This document shows, one piece after another, positions 8,143 through 18,031 of a stretch of 46,746 bases of DNA (its first letter is position 1; each line of letters begins with the position of its first letter). Below the pieces are notes generated by a model. The model searched no databases. It had not been told where the DNA came from and saw only the letters and a list, made by a program, of their open reading frames with translations. The position numbers were made by a program, and so were the translations under genes. The stretch comes from a virus (taxonomy: Duplodnaviria; Caudoviricetes), in IMG/VR virus record IMGVR_UViG_3300048852_000128, positions 1 to 46,746 of that record; one strand, 5' to 3'.

Positions 8143-8724
8143 GTGGTTGAAGTCAACCTGGAGGAGATGGCGCGTAAGCTTGGCGTCTCGCGTCCCACCA
8201 TGCGCGAGCTGATCAAGCGCTATCCCGAGTTTCCGGTGCTCCGCGAAGGCACCAACGGCGTGCCCTGGCAGTTCGACCCGGAGGCCGTCATCGCCTTCGT
8301 CCAGGCGCGCCGCGCCGAGGAGGAGGCGGGGAAGGCCGAGCGGTCCGAGCTGCTGGCGCAGATCAGCCTGCCCGAATCGCTGCTGACGCCAGCCGAGGAC
8401 CTGCAGCTCACTCCGACCGAGCGCCTGAAGAACGCGCAGGCGATGATCAAGGAGGACGAGCTCCGCAAGCAGCGCCAGTTCCTGGTGTCGACCGCCGACA
8501 TGCGCCAGCGCCTTTCCTTCGCGTGGACGCCGCTCAACCAGGCCCTGCAGGCGCTGCCCGGCACGCTCGGCCGTCGTCACAACCTGCCCGATGCGGTGGT
8601 GCGCGACATGCGCCGCTACATCGAGGCGCAGCAGCGCGAGATCCACCGGCGCCTGGTGGAACTGCTCTCGCCCGACATCCCGGCTCCCCCGGCCGAAGAC
8701 GATGACGCAGCGCCGCCGGCCTGA
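8143..8724 (+). CDS. Terminase small subunit (Nu1-like)
   Basis: N-terminal wHTH VNLEEMARKLGVSRPTM, coiled-coil region, directly precedes terL; GGAGG RBS. Confidence 0.85.
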   Translation: MVEVNLEEMARKLGVSRPTMRELIKRYPEFPVLREGTNGVPWQFDPEAVIAFVQARRAEEEAGKAERSELLAQISLPESLLTPAEDLQLTPTERLKNAQAMIKEDELRKQRQFLVSTADMRQRLSFAWTPLNQALQALPGTLGRRHNLPDAVVRDMRRYIEAQQREIHRRLVELLSPDIPAPPAEDDDAAPPA

Positions 8725-10912
8725 CCCCGAGGCCGATTTCCCCTACGCCGATGCCGGCCGAATCCTGCGCGAATCTCTCGGCGCGCTGCTGCCGCCGCTG
8801 CGGATCTCGGTCGCGGACCACGCCGCGCAGCATCGCTGGGTGAAGTCCCGCCACGGCGCGCACCTCGAGCGCTGGGACCATGCGACCGCCCCCTACCTGG
8901 TCGAGCCGATGGAGGCCCTGACGGAAGAGGGGGTGGAGACGGTGGCCATGGTCGGCCCCGCCGCCAGCGGCAAGACGGTCGGCACTGCCGAGAACTGGCT
9001 GCTGCACGTCATGCACGCCGATCCCGGCGACATGCTCTGGTACATGCAGAAGGAGCCGGCCGCCGAAGCCTATGTGAAGTCGCAGATCGAGCCGATGCTC
9101 GAGGCGCATGAGCACTTGATCGGCGACCTGAAGGTCGGCCGCGACAGCGTGCACATGAAGCGCTTCCGCGGCGGCCGGGTGGAGTTCCTCGGCTTCACCC
9201 ACTCCAACCTGGTCAACAAGCACGTCCGCTATATCGTCGCCGATGAATGGGACGCCTATGACGAGACGCTGGGCGATCCGGAAGCGCTGCTGAACCCGCG
9301 GCGCCAGGCCGCCGGCGCCGACAGCCGGCTGCTCGCCATCTCCCACCCGGACCTTGGCCTCCCGATCAGCGCGCCGATCGAGCGCCAGCGCGGCATCATG
9401 AAGCTCTACGCAGGCAGCGACCGCCGCACCTGGTGGTGGGGCTGCCCGCACTGCAACGGCTACTCCAGCCCGAACCCTGGCACCTCGCGCCGCATGGTGA
9501 TGACCTGGCCGGAGGATGCGCCCCTCGACGTCATCGAGGCCGAGGCCCGCCTCCTCTGCCCGTGCTGCGAGAGGAAGATCGAGGATCGCGACCGGCAGGC
9601 GATGAATGCGACCGGCCGCTGGATCGGCGCCGGGGAGGAGATCGACATCGACGGCCGGGTGACCGGCCAGCGTATCCGAAGGCCGGTCGCCGGCTTCTGG
9701 ATCGTGGGGGTGATGAGCCCCTTCGTGCTGGGCGGCATCGGCCGGCTGGCGCGGCTGCGCGTCGCGGCCGAGCGCGCTGTCGCGGCCGGCGCCGCGGATA
9801 CTGACCTGCGGACCGTCATGGTGAAAGGCTGGGGCGAAACCTACGCCCCGCCGCGCCAGGTCGGCACGGTCGACGCACAGGCCCTGGCGGAGCGCGTGGA
9901 GCCGAACCTGCCGCTGCGCGTGGTGCCCGAGGGTGTGCGCGTGCTGACCGCCTTCGTCGACGTGCAGGGCGGCCGCTTCGAGCTTCTGGCGCGCGGCTGG
10001 GGGCCCGGCATGGAGAGCTGGGTGGTCGATCACCGCGTGATCGAGGCCGAGCCCGCCACCAGCGCCGAGGACTGGGACGCGCTGATGCTGCGCCTCTCCG
10101 GCCTCGCCTATCCGCTGGCCGACGGCAGCGGGCGCTACCTGCGGGTGCGCTGCGCGGCCTTCGACAGCATGGGCCAGGCCGGCGTGACGGAGCAGGCCTT
10201 CGCCGCCTGGCGTCGGGCCCGGGCCAAGGGGCTCACGCGCAGCCTGGGCAAGGTGGATGGACGCGACGCCTGGACGCTGCTGCCGACGAAAGGCGCGAGC
10301 GCCTTGCAGGCGCCGCGCCTGACGCTGGCCTATCCGAACAGCCAGCGGAAGGACCGCCGCTCCGGCGCGCGGGGGATCGAGCCGCTGCTGATCTTCAACC
10401 CCAACGGCGCCAAGGATGCGCTGGCCGCGCAGCTCGCCCGGATCGAGCCAGGGCCGAGCGCGGTGCACTTCCCCGCCGGTCTGCTGGCGAAGGAGCCGCC
10501 GCACCCGTTCTTCGAGCAACTCGCGGCCGAACGGCGCAAGCCGAACGGCGCCTGGGAGAAGATCGGCGACCACCTGCGCAACGAGGCGGTGGACCTGATG
10601 GTAGGCGCCGAGGTGGCGGCGCGGCTGCATGGCGTGCACCGCATCGCCTGGGACCGGCCGCCCGCCTGGGCCACGCCCTGGGACAGCAACAGCATGGTGA
10701 TGGCCGCCCCGCCCGTGGCGACCGTCGCCGAGCCGGCGGCCGGCGCCGCTGGGGCGGCCGGATCGGCTGCAGCGGCGGCGGGGGGCCGTGGCGTAGCCGA
10801 GGCCGCCGCGGCGCCGCCGCCGGCGCCAGGACCGAACCTCGCCGCCCTGCGCCAGGCGCTGCTGCGCCGGACGCTGGGCGGTGCTGCCGCCGCCTCTGCG
10901 CGGATGAGATAG
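8702..10912 (+). CDS. Terminase large subunit (lambda gpA family)
   Basis: Walker A GPAASGKT, Walker B IVADEWD, CPHC/CPCC zinc motif, FVDVQ nuclease motif, RNEAVD. Confidence 0.95.
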   Translation: MTQRRRPDPEADFPYADAGRILRESLGALLPPLRISVADHAAQHRWVKSRHGAHLERWDHATAPYLVEPMEALTEEGVETVAMVGPAASGKTVGTAENWLLHVMHADPGDMLWYMQKEPAAEAYVKSQIEPMLEAHEHLIGDLKVGRDSVHMKRFRGGRVEFLGFTHSNLVNKHVRYIVADEWDAYDETLGDPEALLNPRRQAAGADSRLLAISHPDLGLPISAPIERQRGIMKLYAGSDRRTWWWGCPHCNGYSSPNPGTSRRMVMTWPEDAPLDVIEAEARLLCPCCERKIEDRDRQAMNATGRWIGAGEEIDIDGRVTGQRIRRPVAGFWIVGVMSPFVLGGIGRLARLRVAAERAVAAGAADTDLRTVMVKGWGETYAPPRQVGTVDAQALAERVEPNLPLRVVPEGVRVLTAFVDVQGGRFELLARGWGPGMESWVVDHRVIEAEPATSAEDWDALMLRLSGLAYPLADGSGRYLRVRCAAFDSMGQAGVTEQAFAAWRRARAKGLTRSLGKVDGRDAWTLLPTKGASALQAPRLTLAYPNSQRKDRRSGARGIEPLLIFNPNGAKDALAAQLARIEPGPSAVHFPAGLLAKEPPHPFFEQLAAERRKPNGAWEKIGDHLRNEAVDLMVGAEVAARLHGVHRIAWDRPPAWATPWDSNSMVMAAPPVATVAEPAAGAAGAAGSAAAAAGGRGVAEAAAAPPPAPGPNLAALRQALLRRTLGGAAAASARMR

Positions 10913-10962
10913 GCTCCGGGTCCGCTGAATCTAATGGAGCAACGGAGAAGAACGCTCCTCCG

Positions 10963-11676
10963 TCACTGGAACGCGGAGAGGACCCGGTAGCGAATGCTGT
11001 TGTTGTCGGCGCTTAAAATTTCTAGCCGAACGGACCGGAAGGACACCGTAGTGGGTCGGCCACCCGGCTCCAGTGTATAGGACAGGTCCTGCTGGAAGGC
11101 TGGCCGGGCCATACTGTCCACGAATTCGCGGTACGTGACACGGACAACGCCGCGGTCGAAGCCCTGGTAGATCAGTTCGTAGCGGAAGCCACCGCCCGCC
11201 GCGATCTCGTCGATGCGGTATGGGATGTCAACAGAGAGCTCGGTCCCCACGGCCGTGTTCACGACGTAGGCTTCGCTGAAGCGTCCCGTGCGCCCGATCT
11301 GGCTGCCCCTGCCCTGGCCGTCGAGGAAGCAAGCCGACCGGGCCTCGGCGCCGATGATGGTGAAGTAAGTCGGGTTGGCCGAGCACCAGCCCTCACGGGA
11401 GCCGCCGACGAGCGAGCGGAACAGCGGCTGGCCCGCATTTACGCGGATCACCGCGTTCAGAACCTGGCGCTGATAGTTGTCCTGGGCGACCGCCCGAATG
11501 GCCGCGCGATAGTCGAACTGGCCAAAAATGACGCCGCCAACGGGTGCGCTCGCCTCGCGCCCGATCTCGACGGTCTGCCCCACCCGCCGCTGCGGCTGCG
11601 CATCCTCGGTCGGCTGCACCGAAGCACAGGCCGAGAGAACGGCAGCAAGGCCGCCGGCCAGCAAAGCATGTAGCAT
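10963..11676 (-). CDS. Lipoprotein moron (237 aa)
   Basis: Signal peptide with lipobox LSAC; reverse orientation between terL and gpW; C-terminal YREF...ARPAF motif. Confidence 0.8.
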   Translation of the reverse strand: MLHALLAGGLAAVLSACASVQPTEDAQPQRRVGQTVEIGREASAPVGGVIFGQFDYRAAIRAVAQDNYQRQVLNAVIRVNAGQPLFRSLVGGSREGWCSANPTYFTIIGAEARSACFLDGQGRGSQIGRTGRFSEAYVVNTAVGTELSVDIPYRIDEIAAGGGFRYELIYQGFDRGVVRVTYREFVDSMARPAFQQDLSYTLEPGGRPTTVSFRSVRLEILSADNNSIRYRVLSAFQ

Positions 11677-11782
11677 GACATCACCCACAGGTTGTCTTGT
11701 CGGATTGACATACGCGTGTGAGCTGGTGAGCACCAGCCGACGCCTGTCGCCGCCTGATCCCATGCGGCAGGAACCCCCGCCC

Positions 11783-12013
11783 GTGACCGACACCGCCACG
11801 TTGCGCGCGCGCCTGGATGAGGCGCTGGCTGCGCGCCACAAGCTGATCACCGGCACGCAGGTCGTGCAGCTCAGCTACGCGGCCGGGGCGGCGAACCGCA
11901 TGGCGCGCTACACGCCGGCCGACGTTGACCGGCTGGACGCCTATATCGCCGAGCTCCGCCGCGAGCTCGGCGAGGCGCCGCGTCGCCGGCCGATCGGGGT
12001 GGCCTTTCGATGA
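11783..12013 (+). CDS. Head-to-tail joining protein (gpW-like)
   Basis: 76 aa, HKLITG...YTPADVDRLDAYIAELRREL, directly upstream of the portal. Confidence 0.85.
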   Translation: MTDTATLRARLDEALAARHKLITGTQVVQLSYAAGAANRMARYTPADVDRLDAYIAELRRELGEAPRRRPIGVAFR

Positions 12014-13716
12014 ACGCCGCCACACCCCGCCGCCTCCTGTTGGGCCCGCACGGCCAGCCGATCACCGCCCGCGACGTGGCGCGGGTGCGCGCCCGCGCCG
12101 CGCTGACCGGCAACCCGGGCCGGGCCTATGACTCCGGCGCCGCCTTCAGCCAGGATATGTCCGGCTGGGAGCCGCAGCTCCGCAGCGCCGACGCCGAGGT
12201 CGGGCAGGACCGCGACCGCATCGTCGCCCGTGCCCGCGACCTGGTGCGCAACGACGGCTGGGCGACCGGCGGCATCAACCGCCAGCTGGACGCCATGATC
12301 GGCGCCACCTTCCGGCTGAACGCGCGGCCCGACAGCCGCGCGCTCCGCCGGCTGGATCCGCGCTTCGATGCGACCTGGGCGGCGGAGTTCTCGGCTGAGA
12401 TCGAGGCCGAGTGGCGCCTCTATGCGGAGGACCCGAACCGCTACTGCGACGCGGCGCGCACGCTGACCATGACGCAGCTGTTCCGCCTGGGCGCGCGCCA
12501 CAAGATGCAGGACGGGGAGGCGCTGGGCGTGCTGCTCTGGGCGCCGGAGCGCATCGGCACCGGTGCGGCGCGCTACGCGACGACGCTGCAGATGGTCGAT
12601 CCCGACCGCCTGTCGAATCCCTTCGAGGGGGAGGACACGAAGACCCGTCGCCGCGGTGTCGAGATCGACGATCTCGGGGCGCCGATCGGCTACCACATCC
12701 GCCGCGGCCATGCCGCCGACTGGTACGCCGCCGGCGATGCCATGCAGTGGGACTACTTCCCGCGGGAGACGCCCTGGGGCCGTCCGCTGGTGGTGCGTGA
12801 CCACGACGTGGAGCGCGCCGGCGCTCACCACGGCGCCGGCGTGCTGACCCCGGTGCTGTCGCGCTTCAAGATGCTGGCGAAGTTCGACCAGGTCAGCCTG
12901 CAGGCGGCGGTGCTGCGCACCCTGCTCGGCTTCTTCGTAAAGTCTCCCTACGACCCGAAGGAAGTCCAGGACAGCCTGGAGGTGATCAGGCTGCCCGACG
13001 GTGCCTCGGTGCCGGAGGACCTCTTTGCCTACAACCAGCTCCGCGAGCTGCACCATGAGCGGCACCCGGCGCTGATGGGCGGGGTGCAGATCGGCACCCT
13101 GGCGCCAGGCGAGTCGATCGAGACCGTCAACGGCGGCGGGGCCGCCACCGAGTTCGAGACCTTCGAGGGCGCCTTCCTGCGCAGCATCGCCGCGGCCATC
13201 GGCAGCAGCGCGGAGGAGGTCAGCAACGACTACCGCAAGGTGAACTACTCCTCCGCCCGGGCCGCGCTGCTGGTCGCCTGGCGCACCCTGATGCGCCGGC
13301 GCTCCGACTTCGCCGTCGGCTTCGCCACGCCGGTCTATGTGGCCTGGCTGGAGGAGGCGGTGCTGATCGGCGGCCGTCGTCTACTGCCGCTGCCCCGCGA
13401 CGTGTCGCTGGAGGAGTTCGCGGCCTTCCGCGCCGCCTTCGGCCGCTGCGGCTGGATCGGGCCCGGTCGCGGCTGGGTGGATCCGGTGAAGGAGCGGCAG
13501 GGCGAACTTCTAGGCCTCGAGGCCGGCTTCGGCACCCTGTCCTCCACCTGCGCCGAGATCTCCGGCGCCGACTGGCGCGAGGTGCTGGAGCAGCGGGCGG
13601 TGGAGCGCGCCTTTGCGCGCAGCCTCGACCTGCCGGACGCCGACTGGTCTGGCGGCGGCCGGGCCGTGCCGGTCGATGCGCCGGCCGAGCGCGAGACGGA
13701 GGAACAGGACGCATGA
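12010..13716 (+). CDS. Portal protein, lambda family
   Basis: RARDLVRND, VNYSSARAALL and GWVDPVKE motifs. Confidence 0.95.
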   Translation: MNAATPRRLLLGPHGQPITARDVARVRARAALTGNPGRAYDSGAAFSQDMSGWEPQLRSADAEVGQDRDRIVARARDLVRNDGWATGGINRQLDAMIGATFRLNARPDSRALRRLDPRFDATWAAEFSAEIEAEWRLYAEDPNRYCDAARTLTMTQLFRLGARHKMQDGEALGVLLWAPERIGTGAARYATTLQMVDPDRLSNPFEGEDTKTRRRGVEIDDLGAPIGYHIRRGHAADWYAAGDAMQWDYFPRETPWGRPLVVRDHDVERAGAHHGAGVLTPVLSRFKMLAKFDQVSLQAAVLRTLLGFFVKSPYDPKEVQDSLEVIRLPDGASVPEDLFAYNQLRELHHERHPALMGGVQIGTLAPGESIETVNGGGAATEFETFEGAFLRSIAAAIGSSAEEVSNDYRKVNYSSARAALLVAWRTLMRRRSDFAVGFATPVYVAWLEEAVLIGGRRLLPLPRDVSLEEFAAFRAAFGRCGWIGPGRGWVDPVKERQGELLGLEAGFGTLSSTCAEISGADWREVLEQRAVERAFARSLDLPDADWSGGGRAVPVDAPAERETEEQDA

Positions 13717-14552
13717 TCGGATCCCTGGCCGCGGGCCTGTTCAACGCGCCGCTCGCCCTGCACCTGCGCCAGCAGCCGGCGACAGCCGGCGCCATGCTGC
13801 GCGCCCTTGGCCTGGCCGAGGCGGAGCCGCCGCAGCAGGAGGGCGCCGCCTTTGGCCAGGGGCCGGAGCGCGAGCCGCGCCGCTACTACGAGGTGCTTAA
13901 CGGCGTCGCCATTATCCCGGTGCTAGGCGTGTTGCTGCAGCGGCTCGGCCCGTGGTCCTACGATTGCGCGACGGGCTACGACGGCATCCGGATGAACATC
14001 GCCCAGGCGCTGGCGGACCCGGAGGTCGCGGCCATCGCGCTGCACGTCAACAGCCCGGGCGGCGAGGTCGCCGGCTGCTTCGACCTGGTGGATGCGATCC
14101 ACGCCGCGCGGGGCATCAAGCCCATGCACGCGATCCTGGCGGAGCACGCCTATTCCGCCGCCTATGCCATCGCCAGCGCCACCGACCGCATCGTCGTGCC
14201 CCGCACCGGCGGCACCGGCAGCATCGGCGTGATCGCCGTCCATGCCGAGTTCAGCCGCTTGTTGGAGGAGGAAGGGATCGCGGTGACCATCTTCCAGCAC
14301 GGCGCCCGGAAGGCGGATGGCAATCCCTATCAGCCGCTGCCGGACCCGGCGCGGGAGCGCTTCCAGCGCGACATCGATGCGATGGGCGAGCTGTTCATTG
14401 CGACGGTCGCGCGCAACCGTGGCCTGGCTGCGGAGACGCTCCGCGGCATGCAGGCCGCGACATATCGCGGTGAGGAGGGCGTGCGCCTCGGCTTGGCCGA
14501 TGCAGTGATGGCCCCCGACGCCGCCTTCGAGCTGCTGGCGCAGCTCGGCTAG
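13713..14552 (+). CDS. Prohead protease, S49 (SppA-like) family
   Basis: VNSPGGEV, AYSAAYAIAS and GSIGVI motifs. Confidence 0.92.
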   Translation: MIGSLAAGLFNAPLALHLRQQPATAGAMLRALGLAEAEPPQQEGAAFGQGPEREPRRYYEVLNGVAIIPVLGVLLQRLGPWSYDCATGYDGIRMNIAQALADPEVAAIALHVNSPGGEVAGCFDLVDAIHAARGIKPMHAILAEHAYSAAYAIASATDRIVVPRTGGTGSIGVIAVHAEFSRLLEEEGIAVTIFQHGARKADGNPYQPLPDPARERFQRDIDAMGELFIATVARNRGLAAETLRGMQAATYRGEEGVRLGLADAVMAPDAAFELLAQLG

Positions 14553-14875
14553 TGGTGGGTTCGGTCAGGAACCGCCGCTGTCGACCCGGAGCAGTCACTG
14601 AACGTTCCCGGGATAGGTGGGCCGCTTTGCCCGTCCGGCGCTCCCCGTCCCGACGAGCACGCCGGCAGCCTCCCGCACGGCGGTTGGGCGCGGCCAGTTT
14701 AGCCAGACCCGCGTGAGGGACCGTCACGCGGAGTGCCGAGACCACGCAGCGGGGGCACGCCCGTCTCCGACTGAATCCAGCTGTTTGTTGCTGAAATGTT
14801 CCATTGCGGGCCTCCTCAGTTTCACCGAAACTTGAGGCGCGCCTTCAGAGGGAATCGGCGTGGGGGACTCCGCTC

Positions 14876-16780
14876 ATGCGCCTGCGCAGGCTGATCCTGG
14901 AAAACTTTCGCGGGTATGCCCGGCGCACCGAGATCGACATTGCAGACCTGACATCAGTGGTCGGCAAGAACGACGCTGGCAAGAGCACCATCCTCGAGGC
15001 CCTGGCCATCTTCTTCGGCTGTGATGCGGTGAAGATCGACCAGCAGGACGCCTGCATGCGCGGCGAAACCGGCCCGCTCATCCGGATCGGCTGCGTGTTC
15101 GACCAATTCCCAGGACACATCGTCATCGATGCCCGCGCGCCCACGAGCCTTGCGGACGAGCACCTGGTTAATGCGGAGGGACTGCTGGAGGTCGTCAAGA
15201 TCTTCGACGCTTCGAAGAAGTCGGTGCCTTGCACCGTGTATGCCAACTGCCTGCACCCTACGGCGAACGGCGCCGCGGACCTGCTTCAACTTAAGAACAC
15301 CGATCTGAAAAAGCGCGCCGCAGACCTCGGCATCGCGAAGGAGGCCATTGCTGATGCGCGGTCGAACGGTTCACTCCGCGCTGCTATCCGGGCTCACATC
15401 GTCGATCTCGACCTTACTGCGCGGCTGATCCCCCTTGACGCTGAGGACGGCAAGAAGGTTTGGGAGCAGCTCCAGAAGGTGCTCCCCACCTTCGCCCTGT
15501 TCCGGTCCGACCGGCCGAGCCGGGACGAGGACCCTGAGGTCCAAGACCCCATGGCCCTGGCCGTGAAGGAGGCGGTGCGGGAGGTCGAGGCCGACCTGGA
15601 GCAGGTCAGGGCGAAGGTCCGTGACCGCGTGGCGCAGGTCGCGCGGCGCACGATCGAGAAGCTACGCGAGATGGACCCGGCGCTCGCCTCGGAGCTGACG
15701 CCAGAGTTCCGCGCCGAGCCCAAATGGGAGGGATTCAAGCTTTCGCTGGTAGGCGAGGGCGGCGTGCCGATCAACAAGCGGGGCAGCGGTGTCCGGAGGC
15801 TCATCCTGCTGAACTTTTTCCGGGCCGAGGCCGAACGCCGGCAGGCCGAGACGGAGAGCCCGGGCGTGATCTACGCCATCGAGGAGCCCGAGACCTCGCA
15901 GCACCCCAACAACCAAACGATGCTCGTGCGGGCGCTCGCCGAGCTGAGCGAGCGCGAGGGCGTGCAGGTCCTCCTCACGACACATGTGCCCGCGATCGCG
16001 GGCCTCCTGCCTGCAGAGAGCATCCGGTTCGTCGCCCGAGGTGCGGACGGCCACCCCGAGGTGCGAGGTGGCGGCGAGGAGGTACTGCTCGACGTAGCGG
16101 ACCAGCTCGGCGTACTGCCCGACAAACGGGCCGCAGTGCTGGTCTATGTCGAGGGCCCGAACGACGTCGTCTTCCTGGGTCACATGGCGCGCCTGTTCCG
16201 CGCCGACGGCGACACCGCCGTGCCGGATATACAAAGCGATCCGCGGGTCGCCTTCGTGGTAACCAGTGGCGGCAACCTCCGGCACTGGGTGAACGAGCGA
16301 TATCTGGCCAACCTCGGCCTGCCGGAGGTCCACATCTACGACCGCGACACGGAGACCCCGCCGAAGTACGGCGCCTTCGTGGACAAGGTGAACGCGCGGG
16401 GTGGCACTCACTGGGCACGCCTCACATTGAAGCGCGAGATGGAGAATTACCTGCACCCGGGCGCGATCGCGGAGGCTATGCAGGTGGCGGTCGTGTTCAC
16501 AGACGCCTGCGACGTGCCGACCATTGTCGCTCAAAAGATCCACTTGGCCAGCGGCTCGCCCAAGGTTTGGTCGGAACTCGATGAGAAGAAGCAGGCCGAG
16601 AAGTGCCGCAAGGCGAAGCTGCGGCTGAACGCCGATGCGGCGGCCCGCATGACACGCGACATGCTGCGCGAGCGTGATCCAGCGGGCGAGGTGCGCGGGT
16701 GGTTCGAGGAGATCGCGGTTCGCATCGACCCCACGCCCGTGCGCGCGACCTTCACACCCCAGATTCCGGAATCTGCATAG
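14876..16780 (+). CDS. OLD-family ATP-dependent nuclease (ABC/AAA_15-type ATPase + TOPRIM)
   Basis: Walker A GKNDAGKST, signature-like RGSG, Walker B IEEPE, H-loop TTH, TOPRIM VEGPND and DRD, distal REMENY. Confidence 0.9.
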   Translation: MRLRRLILENFRGYARRTEIDIADLTSVVGKNDAGKSTILEALAIFFGCDAVKIDQQDACMRGETGPLIRIGCVFDQFPGHIVIDARAPTSLADEHLVNAEGLLEVVKIFDASKKSVPCTVYANCLHPTANGAADLLQLKNTDLKKRAADLGIAKEAIADARSNGSLRAAIRAHIVDLDLTARLIPLDAEDGKKVWEQLQKVLPTFALFRSDRPSRDEDPEVQDPMALAVKEAVREVEADLEQVRAKVRDRVAQVARRTIEKLREMDPALASELTPEFRAEPKWEGFKLSLVGEGGVPINKRGSGVRRLILLNFFRAEAERRQAETESPGVIYAIEEPETSQHPNNQTMLVRALAELSEREGVQVLLTTHVPAIAGLLPAESIRFVARGADGHPEVRGGGEEVLLDVADQLGVLPDKRAAVLVYVEGPNDVVFLGHMARLFRADGDTAVPDIQSDPRVAFVVTSGGNLRHWVNERYLANLGLPEVHIYDRDTETPPKYGAFVDKVNARGGTHWARLTLKREMENYLHPGAIAEAMQVAVVFTDACDVPTIVAQKIHLASGSPKVWSELDEKKQAEKCRKAKLRLNADAAARMTRDMLRERDPAGEVRGWFEEIAVRIDPTPVRATFTPQIPESA

Positions 16781-16888
16781 GCAGCTGCGAAGTGATGCCG
16801 AGCGCCGGAGGGTGGCGTCCCACCCTTCCGGGAAAAGCCGCTCCTGGACCTATGGGAATCCATAATCGCGTCTGCTGAGCAGGAAACC

Positions 16889-18031
16889 GTGGACCGGACT
16901 TTCATCCATTCCTTTGAGCCCGCCGCGCAAAACCCGGTAGCAGGTCCTACTGTCGCCCTCTCCACGCAGGAGATCGAGGATGCAGGCATCCGCGAAGTGC
17001 TGCAAACACCAGGTGCCGGGTTGGGCTCGTGGTCAGTGCTGAACGCTCTCCTCCAGCCTACCGGCGCCGGCACACCTTTCGTCTTTCGCGAGCCTCTGGG
17101 TCAGGCCCGCGAGGTGAAAGTTGCGCTTTCAGGACTTTTTGGACGATTTGTCGCGCGCGCCTACCTCGAACGCTACTTCGGTCTTTCCATCTTCGCTCAC
17201 CTCGCGCGGTCAACCATTCACCTAAACAGGCGCCGGCGCATCAGGATTGAGAAACGGCACGGCGAGCGAGGGGACCTTCCCGACTGGATCTCGTGCTCGG
17301 CCGACATGAATGCCTTGACCGTGGCCGAAGCCAAGGGCTGTCATGACCGGCTCGGCCCCACCCAGACATTGGCACGCGCTTGGCGGCAGGCCGGACGTGT
17401 CAACGTGTACGCTGGAAATCACCCGGTAATCCCTCTGAAGCGCATCGCAATCGTCACCCGTTGGGGAGCGGCGCGCGGCGGCGCTCCGGAGCCGATGTTG
17501 GCTGTTCACGATCCAGATGATGAGGGGGATGAGACATCTCCTGAGGACATGGATGCGCTCTTTGTTGGTCTCCTGCGCTTGCATCTCGCCGGCCTTTTGG
17601 CCCCGCTCGGCCATCCTGAATTGGCCAGCGAGCTTAGCGGGCTTGCATCCGCCTCGTTTGCCTTCAGCGAAACGCAAGCCTCAGCGCAGGCTCGGAGAGC
17701 CTTGGAGGACGTACCTGTAAGGGAGATCCGCCCGGGAGCGTCGGAAGACGCCATCGACGGCTTGGTGGGTGGTCTTGTGACCCGCGCTGGCCCAGCCCGC
17801 ACCGCAAGTCTCTCGGAGGCAGACCAAGAGGCCCTAGCCCGCCTGGACTTGCGTCCCACCTTCGTCGGTATTGAACGCGATGTGCTGCGGTTGGCTATTT
17901 CCGGAGATCCCGCCGAGATTCGGAAGGCGACGGCCGGCGTTTCAAGAATGAGCGCGGTTGCACGTCCCGATCGTGCGGGAGGTTGGATAGTGCCCCTTGG
18001 TCCAGACCTGGGAACGTTGAGAGACGCATAG
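16889..18031 (+). CDS. Putative PD-(D/E)xK restriction-endonuclease-like protein
   Basis: Helix GLFGRFVARAYL, then LPDW, AEAKG and AWRQ, in the order of a PD-(D/E)xK core; visibly lower GC than the phage genes. Confidence 0.65.
   Translation: MDRTFIHSFEPAAQNPVAGPTVALSTQEIEDAGIREVLQTPGAGLGSWSVLNALLQPTGAGTPFVFREPLGQAREVKVALSGLFGRFVARAYLERYFGLSIFAHLARSTIHLNRRRRIRIEKRHGERGDLPDWISCSADMNALTVAEAKGCHDRLGPTQTLARAWRQAGRVNVYAGNHPVIPLKRIAIVTRWGAARGGAPEPMLAVHDPDDEGDETSPEDMDALFVGLLRLHLAGLLAPLGHPELASELSGLASASFAFSETQASAQARRALEDVPVREIRPGASEDAIDGLVGGLVTRAGPARTASLSEADQEALARLDLRPTFVGIERDVLRLAISGDPAEIRKATAGVSRMSAVARPDRAGGWIVPLGPDLGTLRDA

Noticed and set aside
8534-10639. Long antisense ORFs (also 4726-6102, 20422-21696, 22779-24065, 34376-36313)
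   Set aside because: Shadow frames of high-GC genes opposite clearly recognisable phage proteins
10936-10958. LexA box or terminator between terL and the lipoprotein gene
   Set aside because: CAAC-N6-GAAC does not fit GAAC-N7-GAAC, and the GGAGC/GCTCC stem is short with no U-tract
14876-18031. Gabija, Septu or retron assignment for the OLD cassette
   Set aside because: The partner has no helicase Walker motifs, no HNH motif and no RT YxDD core
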